A stretch of 64,000 bases of DNA from Gaiellaceae bacterium (GTDB lineage Bacteria; Actinomycetota; Thermoleophilia; Gaiellales; Gaiellaceae): positions 14,460 to 78,459 of the forward strand of contig DATKQT010000035.1 of NCBI GenBank assembly GCA_035532535.1, written 5' to 3'. Positions within the stretch are counted from its first letter, which is position 1. Each line of letters begins with the position of its first letter. Shown one piece after another: positions 1 to 9,402 of this stretch. A program made the position numbers and the translations under genes. The notes below the pieces were generated by a model. The model did not search any database, was not told where the DNA came from, and saw only the letters and a list, made by a program, of their open reading frames with translations.

Positions 1-1161
1 CCTCGCCGTGAGCGGACGAGAACGTCGATCCCTCGCCGCCGCCGGCGCAGATGGCCTTGGGTGCTCGCCGCGTTGCTGATCCTGCTCTCGCCGGCGTTCT
101 ACTCATACAGCGCGACGATGCTGCAGCCGTCGAGCCTTCCACTCGGCGTCCGCAGCGTCGAGTGGCTCCGGACCCACCACATGAACTGGCTCGTCGACGA
201 AGCGGAGAGCGTCTACTACGGACTGAAAGCGCCGAAGAAGGGCGGCCCACAGCTGAAAGCGCTGCCTCCCGTGGGGCTCGCCGCCCCCCGCCTCCACCGT
301 ACGACCGGCCGCGCTCCCTGGCCACCGCGGATCAAGCCCGTCTTCCCGCATCCGCTGCGCGGCGAAGGCGTGTGGAGGCCTACCGGTCCGCCGATCGACG
401 GCGGTCCGCCGGTCCTCGTGACGACGTTCCGGACCGAGCTCGACTATCCCCGCATCGTCGCCTACGTCGCCTGGTTCGACCGGACCCGGACAGCGCTCGC
501 CTGGTATCCGGGCCGATACGAGCCGCCGAGCGCGCCCGTACGTGGTCCGTTCTCCATCCCCTACGACCAGCGCTGGCGACTCCTCGCAACCTTCAACGGC
601 GGATTCACGTACATCGACGGCCACAACGGATCCTCCGTCAACGGCCACACGAACGAGCCGCTCGCGGACGGCCTCGCCACGCTCGTTGGCTACCGAAACG
701 GACGCGTCGACATCCTGCGCTGGAACGGCGGCCCGAACGCACCCGCGAGCTACGCGTGGGCACGCCAGAGCCTGCCGCCCATCGTCTGGAACGGTAGACT
801 GAATCCGGCGCTGAACAACAGCTCGGAGTGGGGTTTCACGCTCGGGAACGCCGTCCGCGTATGGAGGACCGGCGTCGGCATCGATCGACGAGGGAACCTC
901 ATCTACGCGGCTGCAAACGACCAGACCGTGACCACCCTCGCCCGCATCCTGCAGCGCGCAGGAGCAGTGCGCGCAATGCAGTTCGACATCAACCCGGAAT
1001 GGCCGACGCTCATCACGTACGCCCATCACCACGGGCTCGCGCCGACCGAGGTCGTGCCCAATCCGATGCAGCCGCCGACGCGCTACCTCGTTCCGGACGA
1101 CAGAGACTTCGTCGCCGTCTACCGGCGGCTACCCGGTCCGATTAACGTCCCGTTCAAATGA
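1..1161 (+). CDS. Phosphodiester glycosidase (NAGPA/DUF2233-like) family protein, signal-anchored; the 5' end may lie outside the window
   Basis: ORF track 61..1161. The same frame stays open back to nt 1 and encodes an Arg-rich n-region (RRRRRRWPW) ahead of the hydrophobic LAALLILLSPAF, so GTG-61 may be internal. The C-terminal half (NGGFTYIDG..., VGIDRRGNLIYAAANDQTVTTLARILQRAGAVRAMQFDINPEW) fits this family. Confidence 0.7.
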   Translation, partial: PRRERTRTSIPRRRRRRWPWVLAALLILLSPAFYSYSATMLQPSSLPLGVRSVEWLRTHHMNWLVDEAESVYYGLKAPKKGGPQLKALPPVGLAAPRLHRTTGRAPWPPRIKPVFPHPLRGEGVWRPTGPPIDGGPPVLVTTFRTELDYPRIVAYVAWFDRTRTALAWYPGRYEPPSAPVRGPFSIPYDQRWRLLATFNGGFTYIDGHNGSSVNGHTNEPLADGLATLVGYRNGRVDILRWNGGPNAPASYAWARQSLPPIVWNGRLNPALNNSSEWGFTLGNAVRVWRTGVGIDRRGNLIYAAANDQTVTTLARILQRAGAVRAMQFDINPEWPTLITYAHHHGLAPTEVVPNPMQPPTRYLVPDDRDFVAVYRRLPGPINVPFK

Positions 1162-1207
1162 TGTTGCCACCGCGATCACCGCCGCACGAAAACTCGGCCG
1201 GGCGGAC

Positions 1208-2854
1208 ATGACCGCGTTCCCTCTGCCGGTGCGCCGGTTCAGCGTGTCCCGGCGGGAGGCCGCGCTCGCCGGCCTCGTCGCGCTCGCGATCGCCGCAGGG
1301 ATCCTGCTCTTCGGTCCTCCGCCCGGGGATGCGCCCGCACACCTGTACCGCACCCTGCTCGTCCGGCGCGGCGACTTCGTCTGGGACAACCTCTGGTTCG
1401 AGGGCGTCTACCCGCTCGCCGACTACAGCGTCCTCTACTACCTGCCGGCGGCGCTTGTCGGCAACCTCGCGCTCGTGCTCGTCTCAGCCACGCTCTCGGC
1501 GTGGCTCTTCGCGCGTATCCTCCTCGAGCGCTGGGGGGAGCAGGCGAAATGGCCTGCGCGCATTGGGGGCGTTCTCTGCGCCGCGCCGGCGTTCACCGGG
1601 CTCTTCGCGTATTCGCTCGGCCTCGTCGCCATGCTCGGAGCGATCCGGGCGCTGCAGCGCGGGCGCGTCGGGGTATACGGCTTGCTCGCCGCGCTGACGC
1701 TCGGCTTCAGCCCGCTCGCGTTCCTCTTCCTGCTGCTCCTGCTGGCGGCGTCGTTCTGCGCGCACCCGCGGGTGAACCGTCACAACCTCGTCGTCGGGGC
1801 GATCGGGGTCGGGCTCGCCGGGTTCGAGGTCTACCTGCTGAAGCTCTTCCCGTCTCCCGGCGTCTACCCGTTCAACCACTACGACTTCGCGAGCCTGCTC
1901 GCGCTCTGCCTGTGCGGCGCTCTGCTCGCGCGGCGCGCGCCGGGCGGCCGCGTGATCGTCGCCTTCTTCCTGCTCTGGGCCGCCGCCGCGATTTTCGCCT
2001 TCTCGAAGGCCTCGCCGATCGGCGACAACATCACGCGCCTGCGCTCACTCGTGCTGCCGCTCATGCTGCTGACCGGGATCCTCACGCGCTTCCGCCCGCG
2101 CTGGCTCGCCGTGCTCGCGATCTCCGGCGCACTCGGCTACAACCTCGTGCCCTATTTCATGCTGATCCCGTACAGGCTCGACACGCGTCCGCAGCACCGC
2201 GCCTTCTGGCAGCCCGCGCTCACATTCCTCGATCGGAACGAGGTACCGAGTTACCGCGTCGAAGTCGTGGAAACAGCCGGGAACTGGGAGTCGTACTGGT
2301 TTCCACGCGACGGCTTCGCGCTCGTGCGTGGGTGGTACCGCCAACTGGACCTCGCGCGCAACCCGGTGCTCTTCAACTCGAGCTCGAGTGGCGCCGCGTA
2401 CATCAGGTGGTTGCGCAGCGTCGGCGTGCGCTATGTCGTCGTCCCGCATACGACGCTCGACCCACGGGTCGGCACAAGCGAGCTGCGTCTCGTCGAGCAC
2501 GCCGGGCCGCAGCTGCGGCCCGTGCTCGCCGCCCCTACGCTCACGGTCTATGAGGTCCGGAATGCGACGCCGATCCTCACAGGCCCCGGCCCCGCTCGAC
2601 TGACCACTCTCGGAGCGTCGACGATCGCCGGCTCAGTCGGGACGGCCGGCTCGTATCGCCTGCGCGTCCAGCCGACTCCGTATCTGCAGGTGCGGGCGGG
2701 AAACGTCTGTGTCAAGCCCGCGTCAGGCGGAGAGTCGACCCTCGTCGTGCACACCGCGGGGAGGTTCGAGCTCGCGGTCCCTGAGAATCCCCTAGACCTC
2801 ATCGACGAGTCCGCGCTCGCGACCTGCGCTCAGCACACGCCGCGGTCGCCTTAA
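1208..2854 (+). CDS. Polytopic integral membrane protein with a soluble C-terminal domain (possible GT-C-like glycosyltransferase; function unknown)
   Basis: 548-aa ORF with strong GC3 bias. There are many hydrophobic helices in the first ~330 aa, then a ~200-aa non-hydrophobic domain. I recognise no catalytic motif, so the GT-C idea is inference only. Confidence 0.6.
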   Translation: MTAFPLPVRRFSVSRREAALAGLVALAIAAGILLFGPPPGDAPAHLYRTLLVRRGDFVWDNLWFEGVYPLADYSVLYYLPAALVGNLALVLVSATLSAWLFARILLERWGEQAKWPARIGGVLCAAPAFTGLFAYSLGLVAMLGAIRALQRGRVGVYGLLAALTLGFSPLAFLFLLLLLAASFCAHPRVNRHNLVVGAIGVGLAGFEVYLLKLFPSPGVYPFNHYDFASLLALCLCGALLARRAPGGRVIVAFFLLWAAAAIFAFSKASPIGDNITRLRSLVLPLMLLTGILTRFRPRWLAVLAISGALGYNLVPYFMLIPYRLDTRPQHRAFWQPALTFLDRNEVPSYRVEVVETAGNWESYWFPRDGFALVRGWYRQLDLARNPVLFNSSSSGAAYIRWLRSVGVRYVVVPHTTLDPRVGTSELRLVEHAGPQLRPVLAAPTLTVYEVRNATPILTGPGPARLTTLGASTIAGSVGTAGSYRLRVQPTPYLQVRAGNVCVKPASGGESTLVVHTAGRFELAVPENPLDLIDESALATCAQHTPRSP

Positions 2855-3041
2855 ACCCCTTCGGTTGCGGTGACTCCAACTCGCCGTGATGCGACCGCGG
2901 CACGACGACCCCGGGCCCGGCCCGCGATCGGCGCGCTCGGCCGCCGTCAGGTGAGGCACAGGCTGGATATCGATGCGTCATGTCTACCAGCTCCCCCGTC
3001 TGGGGGTTCGGAGGAGCCTGGAGCGGCCCGATGTTCGCAGC

Positions 3042-3467
3042 ATGAAGCTCCTCGTCGCACTTGCGGCAGTCGCCGCCGCCCTGACTGTCGCCTCGACCGC
3101 CGGGGCAGCCCCGGCATCGCCCAACTCGTGGGCGAGCCAGGCCAACCAGGTGTGCTCGGCCTGGATCGCGAAGGCGAAGAAGGAGTTCGGCTCGCCGGTC
3201 ACGGCTGCCCAGCTCTACTCGTTCGCGCACAAGGCGAAGACGCTGGAGAGCCAGGAGCTCGCGGCGCTCCAGAAGATCCAGGGCCGGACAGCCACCGGAA
3301 CGGCTGCGCTCACCGCTGTCCAGGTCGACATCGCCGAGATCGGCTCCGCCATCAAGGCGTGGGACCAGGGCAAGCCTGCCCAGTTCGTCACGATCCTCAA
3401 GCGCTACCTGAACGACGGTCGGCCCAAATCGGCGTTCGCAATCGCCGGCGCCGGCCAGTGCGGCTGA
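3042..3467 (+). CDS. Secreted hypothetical protein
   Basis: ORF 2973..3467 trimmed to ATG 3042, which gives a classic signal peptide (MKLLVALAAVAAALTVASTAGAAPA). The mature part is helical with two Cys. Confidence 0.6.
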   Translation: MKLLVALAAVAAALTVASTAGAAPASPNSWASQANQVCSAWIAKAKKEFGSPVTAAQLYSFAHKAKTLESQELAALQKIQGRTATGTAALTAVQVDIAEIGSAIKAWDQGKPAQFVTILKRYLNDGRPKSAFAIAGAGQCG

Positions 3468-3497
3468 CGACCTAAGCACCCTCGCGGAGCGAAAGAA

Positions 3498-3514
3498 AGG
3501 CGCGGCACGCGCCT
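3498..3514 (+). terminator. Hairpin downstream of the 3042-3467 gene
   Basis: AGGCGCG-GCA-CGCGCCT, a 7-bp GC stem with a 3-nt loop, 31 nt after the stop. It is followed by CTCACTGTT, so the U-tract is weak. Confidence 0.4.
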
Positions 3515-3551
3515 CTCACTGTTGACGTTCCTGCCAACAGAGGAGGCTCAG

Positions 3552-4028
3552 GTGCACCGGTTCCCCCGACCGTCCCCCGCGCTGCTCGTCTCGCTGATCG
3601 CGCTGTTCTTCGCCCTCGGCGGCACCGCGTTCGCCGTCGGCGAGAAGGTGGCGCCGCAGGGGCGCTGCCAGACGGGCGCCGTTCGCGGCATCGCTGTCGT
3701 CAACGCCGGACAAGCGGGATTGGATCTCTCCGGCCTGCCGAACACATACAACGACAACCCGAGCTACTTCGGCTATCGCTGGAGCTGCACGGGCGGGGAC
3801 ATCTCCATTCGCAAGCCGTACGGCTTCAACGGCGTCGAGGTCCAGTTCAGCGGGAACCCGGCGAACATCGCCATCTTGCAATCGACGAACTTGGGAATCG
3901 CGAACGCCGGATCTGTGACCGAGGGGGCGGACGGCGGCTTCTACATCACGATGGGCGGATCCAACACCGGGGTGCCCGGCCCCTGGCAGGCCCAGTGGAA
4001 CGTGCCGTTCGTAATCGTCCTGTTGTAG
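3552..4028 (+). CDS. Membrane-anchored hypothetical protein
   Basis: ORF 3522..4028. I prefer GTG 3552 because AGGAGG (3541-3546) sits 5 nt upstream. The protein has an N-terminal TM helix (ALLVSLIALFFALGGTAFAV) and an extracytoplasmic Gly/Asn-rich domain. Confidence 0.55.
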   Translation: MHRFPRPSPALLVSLIALFFALGGTAFAVGEKVAPQGRCQTGAVRGIAVVNAGQAGLDLSGLPNTYNDNPSYFGYRWSCTGGDISIRKPYGFNGVEVQFSGNPANIAILQSTNLGIANAGSVTEGADGGFYITMGGSNTGVPGPWQAQWNVPFVIVLL

Positions 4029-4045
4029 CCGCATAGACTCGCGCG

Positions 4046-4810
4046 GTGCTCGACGCCGCCGGCACCGCCGCACGAGTGCTCGGCCCGCACGACGTCGCGA
4101 TCGTGCTCGGCTCGGGCTGGACCGACGCGGTCTCGGACTTCGAACAGACCGGCGACGACGTTCCAGTCACAACGTTGCCCGGGTTCGCGCAGCCGACCGT
4201 CGCCGGCCACGGCGCCGTCGTGCGCTCGCTCCGCGCCGGCGACGTGCGCGTGCTCGCGTTCACCGGCCGCTCGCACTACTACGAGTCGCGCGATGTCGCC
4301 CTCGTCGCGCATGCGGTGCGCACCGCGGCCGCCGCGGGGTGTCGCACCGTCGTCTTGACGAGCGCGAGCGGTGGCATGCGCGACGACCTCGCACCCGGCG
4401 ATCTCGTGATCGTCTCCGATCACATCAACCTCACGGGGGCGTCGCCGCTCGTCGGCGGCACGTTCCTCGACCTCACCGACCTCTACTCGGGCCGCCTGCG
4501 AGCGCTCTGCCGCAACATCGACCCGAGCCTCGCCGAAGGCGTCTACGCCGGCTACTGGGGACCGAACTACGAGACCCCCGCCGAGATCCGCGCGTACCGG
4601 GCGATGGGCGCCGACATCGTCGGCATGTCGACGGTGCTCGAGGCGATCGCCGCACATGCGGAAGGCATGGAAGTGCTCGCCGTCTCGCTCATCACGAATC
4701 GCGCCGCAGGGCTCGGCGGGCGCCTCGACCACGCGGACGTGCTCTCGACCGCAGCCGCATCCGCCGACCGGATGCGCGCCTTGCTCACGGCGCTGCTCCC
4801 GCGGCTCTAG
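4046..4810 (+). CDS. punA: Purine nucleoside phosphorylase (trimeric PNP family)
   Basis: 254 aa with family motifs: VLGSGW, FTGRSHYYE, TSASGG, GPNYETPAE, VGMSTVLEAI, ITNRAAG. Confidence 0.9.
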   Translation: MLDAAGTAARVLGPHDVAIVLGSGWTDAVSDFEQTGDDVPVTTLPGFAQPTVAGHGAVVRSLRAGDVRVLAFTGRSHYYESRDVALVAHAVRTAAAAGCRTVVLTSASGGMRDDLAPGDLVIVSDHINLTGASPLVGGTFLDLTDLYSGRLRALCRNIDPSLAEGVYAGYWGPNYETPAEIRAYRAMGADIVGMSTVLEAIAAHAEGMEVLAVSLITNRAAGLGGRLDHADVLSTAAASADRMRALLTALLPRL

Positions 4811-5394
4811 GGTCGCAGCGGCGGCGCCGCGAGCAGGCCGAGCCGCTGCGCCGTGGCGATCGCCTCCACGCGCGTGTGCGCGTGGAGTTCACGCAACAGC
4901 CCGCGCAGGTGGTTCCGTACCGTTTCGGTCGAGAGTCTGAGCTCCAGGGCGATCTCGGCGGTCGACCGGCCCGATGCGATCAGTTCGAGGATCTCGCGCT
5001 GCCGCGGCGTCAGCTGAGGCGGCGGATCGAGCAACGCATGCGTCGTCGGCCGGCGGACGTCGAACGCGAGAATGAGCACGCCGACGACCTCGTCGCCCTC
5101 GATCAAGGGCAGGTGCTGGGCACGAACGCCTCGCACCTCGCCGTTCGCGTCCGTGAAGACGGTCTCGAAGTCCGTCGGCTGGCGCTGCTCGACCGCTCGG
5201 CGGAAGTGCGCCTCGACGGACTCTCGCGCCTGGGGCGGGACGGGATCCGTATACGGCCGGCCGCGCATGTCCGCGATCGACTTGTCCAGCACGCTTTCCG
5301 CGCTCGCGTTCATGTGCAGGAACCGGCCGTCGACGTCGTGCAGGCTGGCGGGTACCGAGAGGCGGTCGACGAGCGAGAAGTCGAGCTTCATCAC
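4807..5394 (-). CDS. PAS-domain LuxR/GerE-family transcriptional regulator
   Basis: N-terminal PAS-like segment (SLHDVDGRFLHMNASAESVL..) and C-terminal HTH (LTPRQREILELIASGRSTAEIALELRLSTETVRNHL). Its stop shares the CTAG 4807-4810 with the punA stop. Confidence 0.85.
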   Translation of the reverse strand: MMKLDFSLVDRLSVPASLHDVDGRFLHMNASAESVLDKSIADMRGRPYTDPVPPQARESVEAHFRRAVEQRQPTDFETVFTDANGEVRGVRAQHLPLIEGDEVVGVLILAFDVRRPTTHALLDPPPQLTPRQREILELIASGRSTAEIALELRLSTETVRNHLRGLLRELHAHTRVEAIATAQRLGLLAAPPLRP

Positions 5395-5942
5395 GGGCCT
5401 GCGCGCTGGATCAACGCGTTGAGCGTCTTCGGCCCGAACACGCCGTCTTCGGTGAGCCCGGCAGCGTGCTGGAACGACGCGACCGCGGTCTTCGTGGCGG
5501 GGCCGTACTGGCCGTCGATCGTTCCCACCGAGTAGCCAAGCGCCTTCAGCGCGCGCTGCAGCGCGCGCACCTGCGTCCCGGTATCGCCCGGCTTGAGCGT
5601 CGTTGTCGGCAGCGCACTCGACACGGTGGGCGTCGCAGCTGTCGTCGTCGGCGTCGTAATGCTCACACCCGTGATCGGAGGCGTCGCCTTCGGAGTGCTG
5701 CCGCTGAACACGCCACCCGCGGCGAGCCCAGCGATGAGGAGGACGACGGCGGCGCCTCCGACGACCGCGATGCGCGTCCAGGGAAGCTCGGGCCGCGGCC
5801 GGCGCGCCGGAACCGGCTGCAGCAGCCAGTCGTCCTCGGCGCTCGGCGGATCGCTCTCGAGCACGCCAGGCTCACGCGGCGGCTCGACGTCGGCGAACCA
5901 GTCGTCGTTCTCGCCACCGTCTTCCGGGCGTCGTCCGGCCAT
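5391..5942 (-). CDS. Membrane-anchored peptidoglycan-binding (PG_binding_1) domain protein
   Basis: Acidic N-terminus, one TM helix (IAVVGGAAVVLLIAGLAAGGVF), a Thr/Pro-rich linker, and a C-terminal GDTGTQVRALQRALKALGYSVGTIDGQYGPATKTAVASFQ repeat. Confidence 0.8.
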   Translation of the reverse strand: MAGRRPEDGGENDDWFADVEPPREPGVLESDPPSAEDDWLLQPVPARRPRPELPWTRIAVVGGAAVVLLIAGLAAGGVFSGSTPKATPPITGVSITTPTTTAATPTVSSALPTTTLKPGDTGTQVRALQRALKALGYSVGTIDGQYGPATKTAVASFQHAAGLTEDGVFGPKTLNALIQRAGP

Positions 5943-5955
5943 GCCACCCGCAACG

Positions 5956-6354
5956 CTAGCGTTTCAGACAGGCGAGGAGCGTCCGCGCCGGAGCGTGGAC
6001 GCAGACTCCGCGCCGGACGTAGATCTCGGACGCGTTGCCCGCGACAGCGATCGCCGCCGCCGGGCTCACGCCGGCCAGGGAGCGCACCCCCTGGTTCTCC
6101 GGTTTCGATCCGCAGCCGCGCGTGATGCCTACGCCGATCGCGAGCGCCTGCACCGCATCCTCGGCCCCGGCGGAGCGAACCGTGTACGCGTGACCGAGGT
6201 AGTAGAGCGTCGTGGAGCACGATCCCCCCGAGCCCCCGCTCAGCACCACCGGCGCGACGAGCACTCCGGCGATGACGAGCGCGGTCATTCCGCCGATCAC
6301 CAGTCGCAGCCGCCTGTTCACGTGACCATCATCGCCGTCGTACTCTTCCCCCAT
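5956..6354 (-). CDS. Small signal-anchored hypothetical protein
   Basis: ORF 5956..6492 trimmed to ATG 6354 (MGEEYDG..). An alternative GTG at 6321 gives VNRRLRLVIGGMTALVIAGVLVAPVVL, an n-region plus hydrophobic helix. The upstream part of the long ORF is Ser/Thr/Arg junk. Confidence 0.5.
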   Translation of the reverse strand: MGEEYDGDDGHVNRRLRLVIGGMTALVIAGVLVAPVVLSGGSGGSCSTTLYYLGHAYTVRSAGAEDAVQALAIGVGITRGCGSKPENQGVRSLAGVSPAAAIAVAGNASEIYVRRGVCVHAPARTLLACLKR

Positions 6355-8386
6355 GGCCACATGCGCCGTCTGCGGCCAGGACAACCCGGGCGTCGCCCGC
6401 TTCTGCTTCGCCTGCGGAACGGCGCTCGCCGAAGCCGGGGACGAGGAACGGCGGGTCGTCAGCGTCGTCTTCGTCGACCTCGTCGGCTTCACCGGCCAGG
6501 CGGAGCAGCTCGATCCCGAGGACGTCCGCGCCCTCCTCTCCCCCTACCACCACGCCGTCCGCGAGGAGCTGGAGTCGTTCGGGGGCGTCGTGGAGAAGTT
6601 CATCGGGGACGCCGTCATGGCGGTATTCGGCGCACCGACGGCATTCGGGGACGACGCGGAGCGCGCGGTGCGCGCGGCGCTGGCCGTCCGAGAACGGGTC
6701 TCGAGCGTCCGCGTCGCGGTGAACACCGGCGAGGCGCTCGTCACCCTCGGTGCGCGCCCGTCCCACGGCGAGGCGATGGTCGCGGGCGACGTCGTGAACA
6801 CCGCGGCGCGGCTCCAGCAGGCGGCGCCTGTGGACGGCGTCCTCGTCGGTGAGGTCACGTATCAGGCGACGCGGGCCGCCATCGAGTACGTGCCGGCCGA
6901 CCCGGTGTCGGCGAAAGGCAAGGCAGAGCCGTTGCGCGCATGGCTCGCCGTCCGCGCCCCTTCGGACGAGCGCGACCTCTCGAGCACGTTCGTCGGCCGC
7001 GAGCACGAGCTCGCGCTCCTGCGGGATGTGTGGGACCGCGTCACCAAGCAGCGGACGCCGCACCTCGTCACCGTCCTCGGTGACGCGGGCCTCGGCAAGA
7101 CGCGCCTGGCTGCCGAGTTCGCGGACACCGTGCAAGAGCTCGGCGGCTTTTCGGTGCGCGGCCGGACGCTTCCCTACCGCGAGAGCAGCGCCTACGGGGC
7201 GTTCGCGAGCCAGCTGAAGCAGCTCTGCGGCATCTTCGAAAGCGACCCGCCTGCGGCGGCGCTCGAGAAGCTCCGCGCCACAGTCGGGACGATGCTCGAC
7301 CCAAGCGCGGCCGACGAGGTCACCGGGCACCTCGCCATTCTCATCGGGCTCGCCACCCCAGAGGCCTCGGTCGCCGACCGCGAAACGCTCTTCTTCTCCA
7401 TCCGCGTCTTCATCGAGGCGGTCGCGCGCGACCGGCCGACGCTGCTCGTCTTCGAGGACCTGCATTGGGCAGATACGAGCCTGCTCGACCTCGTCGAGCT
7501 CCTGGCCGCACGCCTGCGCGATCTTCCGATCCTGCTCCTCGTCCTCGCGCGGCCCGAGCTGCTCGACGCGCGGCCGAACTGGGGCGGAGGGCTTCCGGCG
7601 TACAGCACGGTCCCGCTTCAGCCGCTCCCCGAGGCGGACGCGCGCCGGCTCGCCCGCGAACGGCTCAGCGCGCACTCGGCCGGCTCACGCGCCGACGAGC
7701 TCGCGCTGGCGGCCGCCGGCAATCCGCTGTTCATCGAACAGCTCGCCGCCACGGTCTCGGAATCGACCGTCGGCGCAGAGCAGGCGCTGCCGACCACGAT
7801 CAGAGCGCTCGTCGCGGCCCGGCTCGACGCACTCCCGGCGGCCGAGCGTGCACTCGTGCTCGACGCGGCCGTCGGCGGCAAGGTCTTCTGGCGAGGCGCG
7901 CTCGAACGAATGGGGACCGAGCAGCGGGAGCTCACCGACCTCCTCGCCGCGCTCGAACGCCGCGACCTGATCCGCCGCGAGACGGTGTCGGCGATCGAGG
8001 GCGAGCAGCAGTTCATGTTCACGCACGTCCTCATCCGCGACGTGGCGTACGACCTGCTCCCGCGGGCACGCCGGCGCGAGCGGCACGAGCACTTCGCGCG
8101 CTTCCTCGAGGAATCGACGGCAGAGGTCGGGGAAGCGGGTGCCGCGCTTGCGCGGCACTGGCGCGATGCCGGCGACCACGAGCGCGCGCTCGACTACTTC
8201 GTCAAAGCCGCCGAGCAGGCCGAGCGCGGCTGGGCGAAGGACCGGGCGGTGACGTTCTACCGCGAGGCGCTCGCTCTCGTGGCCGACGCCGACGGCAAGC
8301 GGCTCATTCAGCAGCGGCTCGCAGTAGCGGTGCAGGCGTACCTGCACGTCGACGACGCGCAGATGCTTGGGCTCGGCCCGGCTTAA
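6353..8386 (+). CDS. Zinc-ribbon / class III adenylate(guanylate) cyclase / AAA_16 (STAND-type) ATPase / TPR-like multidomain protein
   Basis: 677 aa. Zinc ribbon CAVCGQDNPGVARFCFACG. Cyclase core VVSVVFVDLVGFT, KFIGDAVMAVFGAP, VAVNTGEALV, GDVVNTAARL. Walker A GDAGLGKT after FVGREHEL. The C-terminus is helical. Confidence 0.85.
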   Translation: MATCAVCGQDNPGVARFCFACGTALAEAGDEERRVVSVVFVDLVGFTGQAEQLDPEDVRALLSPYHHAVREELESFGGVVEKFIGDAVMAVFGAPTAFGDDAERAVRAALAVRERVSSVRVAVNTGEALVTLGARPSHGEAMVAGDVVNTAARLQQAAPVDGVLVGEVTYQATRAAIEYVPADPVSAKGKAEPLRAWLAVRAPSDERDLSSTFVGREHELALLRDVWDRVTKQRTPHLVTVLGDAGLGKTRLAAEFADTVQELGGFSVRGRTLPYRESSAYGAFASQLKQLCGIFESDPPAAALEKLRATVGTMLDPSAADEVTGHLAILIGLATPEASVADRETLFFSIRVFIEAVARDRPTLLVFEDLHWADTSLLDLVELLAARLRDLPILLLVLARPELLDARPNWGGGLPAYSTVPLQPLPEADARRLARERLSAHSAGSRADELALAAAGNPLFIEQLAATVSESTVGAEQALPTTIRALVAARLDALPAAERALVLDAAVGGKVFWRGALERMGTEQRELTDLLAALERRDLIRRETVSAIEGEQQFMFTHVLIRDVAYDLLPRARRRERHEHFARFLEESTAEVGEAGAALARHWRDAGDHERALDYFVKAAEQAERGWAKDRAVTFYREALALVADADGKRLIQQRLAVAVQAYLHVDDAQMLGLGPA

Positions 8387-8664
8387 GACGGAAAGTCGGC
8401 GGGCGTGACGTCGCCGGCGATCTCGTAGATACCGTCGACGCGGTGCTGGCCGAGCTTCGCGCCGTGCATGCGGACGACCTCCTCGCTCGGGGCGGCGTAG
8501 ACGCAGTACGTCTGGACGCGGCCCTCCTCGTCCACGATCACATGGCTGTGCTCCCACGTGATCTCAGGGAAATCTCCCTCGATGAGGACACGCGAGCGAC
8601 GTCCGACGAACGGCATCTGATCCTCGGCGACGTCGAAGCTGCGAACGATCAGGTACCTGGGCAC
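8383..8664 (-). CDS. DUF4242-family small protein
   Basis: 93 aa. The pattern MPRYLIVRSF...ITWEHSHV..DEEGRVQTYCVYAAPSEEVVRMHGAKLG is typical of DUF4242. TATGAT lies 8 nt upstream of the GTG start. Its stop shares TTAA with the cyclase stop. Confidence 0.7.
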   Translation of the reverse strand: MPRYLIVRSFDVAEDQMPFVGRRSRVLIEGDFPEITWEHSHVIVDEEGRVQTYCVYAAPSEEVVRMHGAKLGQHRVDGIYEIAGDVTPADFPS

Positions 8665-8727
8665 AGGCCCCGATCATAGACCGTTCTTACCGCCGTCTCA
8701 CGTCCGGAGGCACACTGTTCCTGAGCA

Positions 8728-9402
8728 ATGCTGGTCCTGGTGACAGACGACGACCGCGCCGTGCGCGAGTCCCTCGAGCGGGCGCTCCAGCTCGCGGGCT
8801 ACGAGGTCGAGCTCGCCTCCGACGGCGACACGGCGATCGCCGCGATCGAGCGCCGGACCCCGGACGCCGTCGTCCTCGACGTCATGATGCCGGGCCTCGA
8901 CGGCCTCGACGTCACGCGCCGGCTGCGCCGCGAAGGCAATCGCATCCCGATCCTTCTGCTCACCGCCCGAGACGCCGTCGGCGAACGCGTGGACGGCCTC
9001 GACGCGGGTGCGGACGACTACCTGCCGAAGCCGTTCGAGCTCGAGGAGTTGCTCGCCCGGTTGCGCGCACTGCTGCGCCGCGCACTCGACAAGGAGCCGG
9101 TCGACGTCCTCCGCTTCGCCGACCTCACCTTCGACCGGGGCTCGATGGACGCCCGCCGCGCCGGGCGCAGGTTCGAGCTGACCACGACCGAGGCGCACCT
9201 GCTCGAGCTGCTCATGCGCAACCCGCGCCAGGTGCTGCCGCGATCACTCATCTACGAGCGCGTCTGGGGCTACGACTTCAGCCACTCCTCGAACGCGCTC
9301 GACGTGTACGTCGGCTACCTCCGTCGCAAGCTCGAGGCCGACGGTGAGGCGCGCCTGATCCATACGGTGCGCGGCACGGGCTACGTCCTCCGCGAGCAAT
9401 GA
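8728..9402 (+). CDS. OmpR/PhoB-family response regulator
   Basis: REC domain (LVTDDD..., [21 protein letters not shown]) plus a winged-helix C-terminus ([22 protein letters not shown]). Confidence 0.9.
   Translation: MLVLVTDDDRAVRESLERALQLAGYEVELASDGDTAIAAIERRTPDAVVLDVMMPGLDGLDVTRRLRREGNRIPILLLTARDAVGERVDGLDAGADDYLPKPFELEELLARLRALLRRALDKEPVDVLRFADLTFDRGSMDARRAGRRFELTTTEAHLLELLMRNPRQVLPRSLIYERVWGYDFSHSSNALDVYVGYLRRKLEADGEARLIHTVRGTGYVLREQ

Noticed and set aside
6329-7675. A 448-aa ORF antisense to the cyclase gene. Similar long shadow ORFs occur at 10996-12912, 13017-14603, 14684-15754, 19733-21064, 25585-26607, 26638-27819, 38229-39920, 43037-44416, 49431-50888 and 54745-56553.
   Set aside because: Their translations are Arg/Pro/Ala/Gly-rich with no recognisable motifs. 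Each lies opposite a gene with unambiguous family signatures. Long stop-free antisense frames are expected at this GC content.
6353-8386. The cyclase-AAA_16-TPR protein as an Avs/STAND-type antiphage sensor
   Set aside because: It has no nuclease, TIR, protease or other effector domain and no neighbouring effector gene. The cyclase plus AAA_16 plus helical-repeat architecture is a common actinobacterial signalling type. I cannot support a defense call from sequence alone.
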